Of a stretch of DNA of 64,000 nt, positions 10,245 to 17,253 are shown piece after piece. Position 1 is the first letter of the stretch; each line of letters opens with the position of its first letter. A program made the translations under genes and the position numbers. A model generated the notes under the pieces. That model saw only the letters and a list, made by a program, of their open reading frames with translations, was not told the origin of the DNA and searched no databases. The stretch lies in the IMG/VR virus record IMGVR_UViG_3300049460_000312, positions 62,001 through 126,000 of that record. One strand, written 5' to 3'.

Positions 10245-10270
10245 TCAAGTTAAGAATATGTGGTTAAAAC
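10245..10270 (-). promoter_or_regulatory. Putative phage promoter (CATATTAC-like) upstream of the adhesin
   Basis: The minus strand reads GTTTTAACCACATATTCTTAACTTGAG; the chimallin upstream motif reads TTTTTGAGTCTCATATTACTAACTTGG. Confidence 0.55.
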
Positions 10271-10334
10271 TTTCTGGAATTGGATTTTGACGGCATAGCG
10301 GGCGGAGCCGAAGCCCCGCCCGCATGCGTTCTAC

Positions 10335-10913
10335 TTAGACCGGAAAATCCGCTTTCTTGATCTTCACCATGCGACCATCAGGATGATGCCACACGATGCC
10401 TTCAATCGGCAGATCCTGCAGGTACGCCTTCAGTGCATCAAAGGTGCGAGGACAATCCTCAATCACATCCTGCCCGTGCGGGTAGAGGCGATGTTCGGTG
10501 AGTCCCTCCGGATTGGCGCCATGGCGTGTACCAATCTTAGGCCCACACGCTTCGTAGGTGCCATCAGGGATTCCAGCAGGCCAGCTCTCACGAGCCCGGT
10601 TTACGGCCTCCATCACGTGCTTGCCCGACGGTGAATTGGCTGTGACCCAACCCGGCCAGTGACCGGTAATGCGATCAGGTTCAGCCTGGGCGGGTACGAA
10701 CGTAGCGGGACGCACCCGACCTACCTTGAGGTCGTAGCGCATGAATACTTCACCGTTCTTTATCAGAACAGCAACACCGTCCCACTTACGCGTCGCGACG
10801 CCTTCTCCGTTAGCGACCCAGAGCGCAGCGGGCATGACTTCATCACGCACACGGCGGCTACCAGTAACGTCACACTCAAGATTACGATGGAACAACGAAA
10901 CGATCTTCTTCAC
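10335..10913 (-). CDS. Compact ATP-dependent RNA ligase-like nucleotidyltransferase (DUF5565/RLIG1-like)
   Basis: A GTG start with a GGAG RBS gives MKKIVSLFHRN. Motif I TRKWDG, motif III-like GTYEACG, motif IV IEGIVW and motif V MVKIK are present. Confidence 0.75.
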   Translation of the reverse strand: MKKIVSLFHRNLECDVTGSRRVRDEVMPAALWVANGEGVATRKWDGVAVLIKNGEVFMRYDLKVGRVRPATFVPAQAEPDRITGHWPGWVTANSPSGKHVMEAVNRARESWPAGIPDGTYEACGPKIGTRHGANPEGLTEHRLYPHGQDVIEDCPRTFDALKAYLQDLPIEGIVWHHPDGRMVKIKKADFPV

Positions 10914-11044
10914 AGCAACTCCGAATGGTGGATAGAAAGTTTCGAATCCCACCACCCCCACCGGAGTATTTACAGCCTTTACTGCGACAACGTGCACAAG
11001 CGGGGCTTTCACCCCGCTTGTGGTTAGCTCGGTTTGGTCATTGC

Positions 11045-11237
11045 TTTCTGAGGGAGGACTCGAACCTCCAATCTTGGTCTGAGACCGGACCCAATGACAG
11101 GCCGACTGTGTCGATAGCATCCATTTCGCACAAGGCACCGAATGCTATCCCGCTTTAGGTGTTCACAGCCTTGCAGATCTCGGCAGAGGGGAAGTCCTGC
11201 CTACTGTCCACGTGTATACCAATTCCACCACTCATCC
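11045..11237 (-). ncRNA. tRNA-Leu-like RNA scaffold with a 115-nt insert in place of the anticodon loop
   Basis: 5' GGATGAG-TG-GTG-GAATTGGTATA-CAC-G (class II D-arm); anticodon stem TGGAC/GTCCG; 16-nt variable region; perfect T-arm GGAGG-TTCGAGT-CCTCC. Only 4 of 7 acceptor pairs form and no CCA is encoded. Confidence 0.55.
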
Positions 11238-11303
11238 TGCTAACGAGCACGGCTGCATGCGACTGCAAGTGCTCCATCAGATCTCTACTGCGGTAAAAAA
11301 ATG

Positions 11304-11612
11304 CTAGATGCTGTTTCTCGGCACCAGCACTTCTTCGAGGACCACTGCTGGCGAATACATCTGCAGCGTCTTGTCGTAATCACTGCCTTGTTCGATCCGC
11401 ATCTCGGCGAGCGTATAGTCATTTTCCAGCGCGACCTTGATGCCCTTCGCTTGCAGCATTTCCTGGATCAGCGAGAGGATCGCGGTCTTGGCGCTACCCA
11501 CGCTGCCGGCCACCGTGATCTTGACGATCGGTCGGTCGGTGCCAGTGAGAACATCAGTGGCCAGACTCAGTTCCGGACGAACGCGTACTTCTGCTACGGG
11601 GATGTCAGACAT
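11304..11612 (-). CDS. Small protein with a degenerate P-loop (kinase-like N-terminus)
   Basis: AAGGAG RBS. ITVAGSVGSAKTAILSLIQEMLQAKGIKV resembles a beta-strand/Walker A/helix of NMP-kinase-like proteins, but has A in place of the G before KT. Confidence 0.55.
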   Translation of the reverse strand: MSDIPVAEVRVRPELSLATDVLTGTDRPIVKITVAGSVGSAKTAILSLIQEMLQAKGIKVALENDYTLAEMRIEQGSDYDKTLQMYSPAVVLEEVLVPRNSI

Positions 11613-11667
11613 GTGGCTCTCCTTGGATTAGGGTCGTTTACATCAATAACTACCCCTCGGAGTAAAA

Positions 11668-12330
11668 TCATGATGTCGGTCTGGAGAGCTTGAGGTACTT
11701 CAGATATCCAGGAAACATGTAATTACCTGTCTTGTGTCCACCAATGGTCAGTTCAGTGTCGCGCGGCACCGGGAAACTGGCAAAGGACTGGACAGCGTTA
11801 GTCGTCAGGTTCTTGATCGTCATGCCATTAGTACGCTTCTGGATTAGGAACTCCTGATAAGTCTGGGGGTTAGCACCAAAACCCTGGTTACGCTGGAAGG
11901 TGGTATCGCCCTTACTGAGAAAAACCTGGAACCACGTACTGGTGAACTGGTCAAACAGGACCGAGCTTCCGGGGTCTGCAACGTTGGCATACGTGCCTGA
12001 GTTGAAAATATAGACCGAGGGTGTGGTGTTCGGTTTTAGGATACCCAGCTGCAGATCATAATCCTGCGTAGAAAAGTTATTCAGTGGATTATTCGGATTA
12101 TGAAAGCAATTGATTGCATTGAACTGGAAACAACGCCCTACACCCGCCACATCCACCACACCAAAATTGGTAGCCTGGCTGGCTGCTGCACCGAGGGTAG
12201 TAAATGTGATACCCTGCGCGCGGTCCACGATGGTCTTGGTGCCCAGGGCCACATCTTCGAAATGCAGATCAAGCAGGCTCGGCGGCGCCGGAGCGGCCTG
12301 ATTGCGTCGGATAAGTAAGGATTCAAACAT
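11668..12330 (-). CDS. Putative virion lectin-like (ConA/LamG-type beta-sandwich) protein
   Basis: Probable start MFESLL. LLDLHFED...GRCFQFN...LTIGG...FPGYLKYLKL follows the LamG-like pattern. Confidence 0.5.
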   Translation of the reverse strand: MFESLLIRRNQAAPAPPSLLDLHFEDVALGTKTIVDRAQGITFTTLGAAASQATNFGVVDVAGVGRCFQFNAINCFHNPNNPLNNFSTQDYDLQLGILKPNTTPSVYIFNSGTYANVADPGSSVLFDQFTSTWFQVFLSKGDTTFQRNQGFGANPQTYQEFLIQKRTNGMTIKNLTTNAVQSFASFPVPRDTELTIGGHKTGNYMFPGYLKYLKLSRPTS

Positions 12331-12714
12331 CGCACTAGCCTGTAAGAAATAACATAGGATGCAGTAATCACCTTTGTATGAGATTCCTCTCATAACCCGG
12401 AGACACCCGATGCTGTATATGCCGACCATTGTTGCGTTCATGGGCGCACGTGCCATGTTTCAAATGAGCTGGATGCTGCCCATGACCTTGATGCAGATGG
12501 CAATGCCGGCTTTGCCGGTGCAAGAGAAGCAGGCTAAGGCTTAATTTACCCGGTCTCCCTATCAGATGCGAGTGCGTGACACCACTCGTGGGGATGGAGC
12601 GAAATGCCCACCAGAGGTGGGGGAAATATTAAGTTATTATACCTAGTGCGTGAGCACTCTGGAATCTTATAGAGCAACAAGAACAACAACACCCCACCTA
12701 ACGGAGGTTAGACC

Positions 12715-12936
12715 ATGAGCAGCACTGCAATCGCTCCGGATACGACGGAGCTGGAAGAAGAATGCATGGACCGGCTACTGCCGTGGAAGTGCTACTCGGA
12801 CAATCTGCGTCGCTACGAGGAGTATCCCTCACTCCAGGCACTGGCAGAAGCGAAGAGCATGAGTGTGAGTGTCATCATGGATGCCATTGCCAATCACAAG
12901 GGCAATCTGTACGACATGCATATCGTCAAGCGATGA
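12715..12936 (+). CDS. Small hypothetical protein
   Basis: 73-aa ORF with a GGAGG RBS, followed by a hairpin. Confidence 0.6.
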   Translation: MSSTAIAPDTTELEEECMDRLLPWKCYSDNLRRYEEYPSLQALAEAKSMSVSVIMDAIANHKGNLYDMHIVKR

Positions 12937-12944
12937 TCGCATCG

Positions 12945-12978
12945 ATAGCGGGAGGGTCATTCCCTCCCGTTTATGCCG
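12945..12978 (+). promoter_or_regulatory. Hairpin-TTTATGCCG element
   Basis: GCGGGAGGG-TCATT-CCCTCCCGT followed by TTATGCCG, about 35 nt upstream of the 13011 start. Confidence 0.6.
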
Positions 12979-13010
12979 GAATTTTATGTACAATCTTTAG
13001 GCAGAACGCT

Positions 13011-13742
13011 ATGTTGGAGCTATTACTGGCTAGTCCTAAAAAGGCCATCGTAGGATTACCGAGTAACACCGGCCCAGGCCCAACTACTTTAGTTGGCTCG
13101 AACGCCACGGCAGGGTTCTACGGGGAACTCACCTCGGCCAGCTTTATCAGTGGGAGTGCGCTGGCGGCAGCCTGCGGTCTCGTTGCAGGCACCCTGATGA
13201 ATGACACCGCGTCGTGGCTGAAGTTCTTTCTGGATGATAAAGTTCTCTTTATTCCTAAATTGGGCATTCGCACCAGTTTTTACTGGCAAGACCTGTATCA
13301 GGCTGGTGTAGTCTATGGCGACGGGACTATTGGTAAGAACCCGGCAGGTGCAAATCGATTACAGAATGCCCGAGTCTCCGTGCAGGGTTATACCTTTATT
13401 GTTCGCCTCATGAAGTGTGCGAACAGCGATCCCTATGTCGATTACACAACTAACGATCCGGTATCCAGCACGACTTCGGAATGGAATCGGTTGATGTACA
13501 ACATCTGCGATACCGCTGCGTCTAAAAGCTCGCAGGTGGGGCCGAACTGGACGCACTATACCGAGGCGCAGCTCGGGATGAACTACTACACCTGGGGGCA
13601 GGAGACGCCGTCTAACTCGGGGGCTCAAGCTCGCATCGTCCGTGCGGCGAGCTCGCTTTCGTACGCGACCTATGGCTGGCTCACCACCCCCTATAACACC
13701 TGTGTCTGGCGACCCGTGCTGGAACTGGTGCCACCCGCATAA
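13011..13742 (+). CDS. Virion/tail-associated paralog-family protein (WRPVLE family)
   Basis: Start MLELLL inside ORF 12762..13742; paralog of 7157..7858 and 60997..61692. Confidence 0.7.
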   Translation: MLELLLASPKKAIVGLPSNTGPGPTTLVGSNATAGFYGELTSASFISGSALAAACGLVAGTLMNDTASWLKFFLDDKVLFIPKLGIRTSFYWQDLYQAGVVYGDGTIGKNPAGANRLQNARVSVQGYTFIVRLMKCANSDPYVDYTTNDPVSSTTSEWNRLMYNICDTAASKSSQVGPNWTHYTEAQLGMNYYTWGQETPSNSGAQARIVRAASSLSYATYGWLTTPYNTCVWRPVLELVPPA

Positions 13743-13778
13743 AAGACGGAGGGAGTGACGTCCCTCCGTTTATGCCGC
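13737..13778. promoter_or_regulatory. CATA-hairpin-TATG element
   Basis: GCATAAAAG-ACGGAGGGA-GTGACG-TCCCTCCGT-TTATGCCGC. Confidence 0.65.
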
Positions 13779-13828
13779 CTATTTAGTGGAGTGTTTCTCC
13801 ATCCATCAACTTCAACAACAAAATCACC

Positions 13829-14188
13829 ATGCATGCCTTTTTCCATTTCTCCTTTCCCGTCCTGCTGTTTGTGCTGATCGGCTGTCATTTCTTCGGGGAC
13901 TTCGTGTTCCAGAATGATTTTGTCGCCAAAGCCAAGAACTTCAAACTGACGCCCGATCCGTGCTTCTGGGTGCCGGTGCTGCTCTCGCACTGCTGGGTGC
14001 ATGCGATGCTGGTGCTGCTCGCCACCGGAGTATTCTGGACTGCGCTCTTTATGCTGGTCACGCACTGGTGCATCGACTGGTTCAAATGCGCCGGCCTGCT
14101 TGGTCAGAATGGCCTGGGCTTTGTGATCGATCAACTGCTGCACCTTCTCGTGATCGTCATGATTGCGTGGGCGGTGGCACCGTTCTAA
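13829..14188 (+). CDS. DUF3307-family membrane protein
   Basis: HFFGDFVFQ, H..HA, H..ID..K and DQLLH motifs with hydrophobic helices. Confidence 0.8.
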   Translation: MHAFFHFSFPVLLFVLIGCHFFGDFVFQNDFVAKAKNFKLTPDPCFWVPVLLSHCWVHAMLVLLATGVFWTALFMLVTHWCIDWFKCAGLLGQNGLGFVIDQLLHLLVIVMIAWAVAPF

Positions 14189-14269
14189 ACGCGCTCTATT
14201 CTGTGCTAGAGCAAAGTCCATCAATTTTGCTCGCATTTTTCTATTTTCCTATTCTCGGAGTCCATTTCC

Positions 14270-15064
14270 ATGGGTAAGCAAAACGTCAAGGCTGGCGGCT
14301 TCCAGCTGGCGCAACAAGTCGCTCAACAACAAGCGGCTGAGCAGGCCAAGCAAGATGCGGCCTCGCAGGAAAGCACCACCCCGGCGGTGACGCAAGAAGG
14401 CGTGAACGACCAGAGCAACGAAGGCTCGCAAGAGCAAAGCAAGGACGTCGCGCAAGACAGCGCGCAGGAATCGAGCGAATCGAAGGAACAGGCATCGGAC
14501 GACATCGTGATCCAGCCGACCGTCGTCACGCCGGCGCCGGCGGCTGCCCCGGTCGTCGCCAAGGCTATCGTGGTTGAGAAGTCGCAACCGGCTCCGGCTA
14601 ACGCCACGCTCACCGAAAAGCTCGGCGAGATCCTGAAGGACGTGCCGCCGGCGCACCAGACGGACATCAACCGCGTGGTGCTGTATCTCGAACGCATGAC
14701 CCCGAAGCGTCCGATCGACGCGAAGACGGGTATCGCCGAACAGGTCGCCCTGTACCGTTCGATCCAGAACATCATCAACCGTCAGGAAGACTACTTCACG
14801 CAGCTCTTCTCGGCTCTGCTCTTTATCTTCAAGAGCGAAGCCAAGGGCGCGTTGAGCGATCGTTACCGTCTGCGCTTCATGGACAACGTCACGCTCGCGA
14901 CCGGTGACCGCAAGGCCTTCGCGAACATCACGCACGCGCTCGCCCTGCTTGCTGATGCGCAAAGCCGTCCGCTGGCAATGCGCCAGCTCAATCTGGGCAA
15001 AGCACTGGAAAACGGTCTCACGGCCGCGGGCCAGCAGCGCGTACTGCATTACTTCGACGCGTAA
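14270..15064 (+). CDS. Hypothetical protein with a low-complexity Q/E/S-rich N-terminus (possible head protein with a propeptide)
   Basis: 264-aa ORF. The N-terminal ~100 aa carry several S/A-x-E sites and precede a helical domain. Confidence 0.6.
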   Translation: MGKQNVKAGGFQLAQQVAQQQAAEQAKQDAASQESTTPAVTQEGVNDQSNEGSQEQSKDVAQDSAQESSESKEQASDDIVIQPTVVTPAPAAAPVVAKAIVVEKSQPAPANATLTEKLGEILKDVPPAHQTDINRVVLYLERMTPKRPIDAKTGIAEQVALYRSIQNIINRQEDYFTQLFSALLFIFKSEAKGALSDRYRLRFMDNVTLATGDRKAFANITHALALLADAQSRPLAMRQLNLGKALENGLTAAGQQRVLHYFDA

Positions 15065-15080
15065 GCTTCGTTTTAATAGC

Positions 15081-15116
15081 CTCCTTCTACTCCTGCGGGG
15101 GTAGAAGGAGTTTATG
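15081..15116 (+). promoter_or_regulatory. Hairpin-TTTATG element upstream of the endolysin
   Basis: CTCCTTCTACTCC-TGCG-GGGGTAGAAGGAG-TTTATG. Confidence 0.6.
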
Positions 15117-15138
15117 TTTGGTATTTTGGAGAACGACT

Positions 15139-15981
15139 ATGGCAATGACTAAGTCACAGGTCAAACAGTTGCAGCGCGCTTTGCGCGAAACGGTCATGCC
15201 CAGTATCGGCGTAGACGGCGCCTGGGGCGCTCAGTGCGACCAGGGCTTGGCTGCGTATGCCAAGGCTACGGGAACCGACACAGCGGGCGCTACGGCCCTC
15301 CTGCAGGCCTATGCAGCGCTGCGCTTCGTGAACGACGACGCCTTCGCGACGGCAGCGGCTGCATTGAGCGTGCCGGAGAGCTATGTGCGGGCAATTGCAC
15401 AGGTGGAAACCAATGGCGATGGTTTCTTGAAGGACGGCCGGGTCAAGATCCTGTTCGAGCGTCACTGGTTCTACAAGGACCTCACGGCAGCGCTGGCATC
15501 GTCGGCTGATGCGCGCGCTCACGTGGCAGGTAAGCTGGGGATTGCAACGAGCTCCACGGTCACGCAGTTGATGGCCGAAATGGTCAAGCAACAGAACAAC
15601 ATCTGCAACCCGGAGCGTGGTGGTTATCTCGGTAACGAGAAAGAGTGGGATCGCCTGAACCTGGCGATGGACTTCGATGTGGAAGCCGGTGCACAGTCGG
15701 CCAGCTACGGCGGCTTCCAGCTGATGGGCTTTAACTTCAAGCAGTGCGGCTACCCCAACGCCCGTTCGATGATGATTGATCTGGCGGGTTCGGAATCCAA
15801 ACAGTTCCTGGCGGTGGTCGCGTTCATCAAGGCCAATCCCAACCTGCTCTCCGCAGTCCGGGCAGCTGACTGGGCCAAGTTCGCCATGGGCTATAACGGT
15901 TCCTCGTACAAGGAAAACAAGTACGACACCAAGCTCGCAGACGCGGTCAAGTCTTTCAACAGCAACACTGCTTTGGCCTAA
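15139..15981 (+). CDS. Endolysin, N-acetylmuramidase (DUF3380/PF11860 type) with a peptidoglycan-binding-like N-terminus
   Basis: AIAQVETNG..F...GRVKILFERHWF and SASYGGFQLMGFN motifs; N-terminal LQRAL...VDGAWG. Confidence 0.9.
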   Translation: MAMTKSQVKQLQRALRETVMPSIGVDGAWGAQCDQGLAAYAKATGTDTAGATALLQAYAALRFVNDDAFATAAAALSVPESYVRAIAQVETNGDGFLKDGRVKILFERHWFYKDLTAALASSADARAHVAGKLGIATSSTVTQLMAEMVKQQNNICNPERGGYLGNEKEWDRLNLAMDFDVEAGAQSASYGGFQLMGFNFKQCGYPNARSMMIDLAGSESKQFLAVVAFIKANPNLLSAVRAADWAKFAMGYNGSSYKENKYDTKLADAVKSFNSNTALA

Positions 15982-15993
15982 GCAAAAAAAAAA

Positions 15994-16047
15994 GCGGACA
16001 TAAGCAGAGAGAAGCGACCGTGTGGTCGCTTCTCTCTTTATGCCGTC
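15994..16047. terminator. Bidirectional CATA-hairpin-TATG element between convergent genes
   Basis: A10 tract, then GACATAA-GCAGAGAGAAGCGACC-N4-GGTCGCTTCTCTCT-TTATGCCGTC. Confidence 0.75.
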
Positions 16048-16053
16048 ACGGTC

Positions 16054-17208
16054 TTACTTCGCGGCTTGGGCGCCCGAAGCGAAATCGGTCAGTTCCTTCA
16101 GCAGACGTGCCGAGTACGTCGCCGACAGATGCGTCGGGCTGAACCAGCGCACGTGTTGCGGATCACGATCCGAGAGACCTGCCATGTAAATCGCGATGCT
16201 ATCCGGTTCGAGGGTAAACGACCAGATCACAATCGTGCTTTGCAAACGCAACACCACACAGGCCGGGACCGAGTCACCGCCGAAGAAACCTGCCGGCAGG
16301 GTGGAACGGTCTTCAGCTGCGAGTTGCAGCGGATTGGCGCGCTTATACCACTGGAAGCCAGCCGAGCCCACCGTGATAATCCCGCGACCGTCAGGCAACC
16401 ACGGACCCGCAGCGAAGATGTCGAGCAGGGGCGAAGCCTGACCCAAGAGGATATCCACGCTGTTTTGCGGCGGGCGAGCCACTTGCAGTTCGCCCAGGGC
16501 CTTCACCGGGGGCAAGCCTGCAGAAGTCGATTGGATACCCAGATCCACCGGTGAGTGCATCGGCACACCACCGGACGAATGACCCATCGGTTCGTCATCG
16601 AGGCTGGCGAGTTGCTCGCGCCGGGCGGCCAGTTGATCTGCCGGTGTGCTGGCCAGTGCAGCGATTTCAGCCAGATGCGCTGCTGCAGCGGCACGTGCAC
16701 CGCTCACGGTCGGCGTACCATCGGGCATCGCAGCCGGGGCAACAGGCGGGATACTGCGCAACGGCGGTTCCGGTGTCAGATCGACGGGCGGCGTGATGTC
16801 GAGGGCTTCCACGGGCGGCGGACGACGCGAGGCAATGGCGGCATCGTGCGTGGCTTGACGCAGACGCGCGACCGCGGCTTCGACATCCACGGGTGCCGCT
16901 TCGTCAGCCGGCGCAACAGCCGTTTCGACGACATCTGACAGACCGACCGACTTCTTGTAGTTTTCGATGTGGTTGACGTAATAGCCTGCCATCGACGACA
17001 GGTTGTGCTGGATGTTCTGGATGCTGATCAAGCCTTCCTGCGTGAGAATCGTCGGGCAGGTGGCACCACCCGATTGCTGCCAGGTCACCGCGTCACGCAA
17101 GACGGTTTCGAGCACCTTGTCGGTGTTCTCCAGCGCCTTGGTGATAGCGTTGCTCAGGAACTGCAAACGACCCAGAACTGTTTGATGCGTGTTGTTCGTT
17201 TCGGACAT
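16054..17208 (-). CDS. Hypothetical protein
   Basis: ORF directly downstream of the helicase, with a Pro/Ala-rich central linker. Confidence 0.65.
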   Translation of the reverse strand: MSETNNTHQTVLGRLQFLSNAITKALENTDKVLETVLRDAVTWQQSGGATCPTILTQEGLISIQNIQHNLSSMAGYYVNHIENYKKSVGLSDVVETAVAPADEAAPVDVEAAVARLRQATHDAAIASRRPPPVEALDITPPVDLTPEPPLRSIPPVAPAAMPDGTPTVSGARAAAAAHLAEIAALASTPADQLAARREQLASLDDEPMGHSSGGVPMHSPVDLGIQSTSAGLPPVKALGELQVARPPQNSVDILLGQASPLLDIFAAGPWLPDGRGIITVGSAGFQWYKRANPLQLAAEDRSTLPAGFFGGDSVPACVVLRLQSTIVIWSFTLEPDSIAIYMAGLSDRDPQHVRWFSPTHLSATYSARLLKELTDFASGAQAAK

Positions 17209-17253
17209 GATGAAAGAGAAGATGCCCAACGGAATCGCTTCCGTCAGGCTGGG

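Noticed and set aside
10921-10960. Plus-strand TTCGAATCCC as a tRNA T-loop
   Set aside because: There is no 5-bp T-stem, D-arm or acceptor pairing around it; it is part of the ligase leader hairpin.
11045-11237. Y RNA (YrlA) or group I intron interpretation of the tRNA-like element
   Set aside because: The arm order is D-then-T, not circularly permuted as in YrlA, and no Ro60/Rsr gene is visible. The 115-nt insert is too short for a group I core and lacks recognisable P7 elements.
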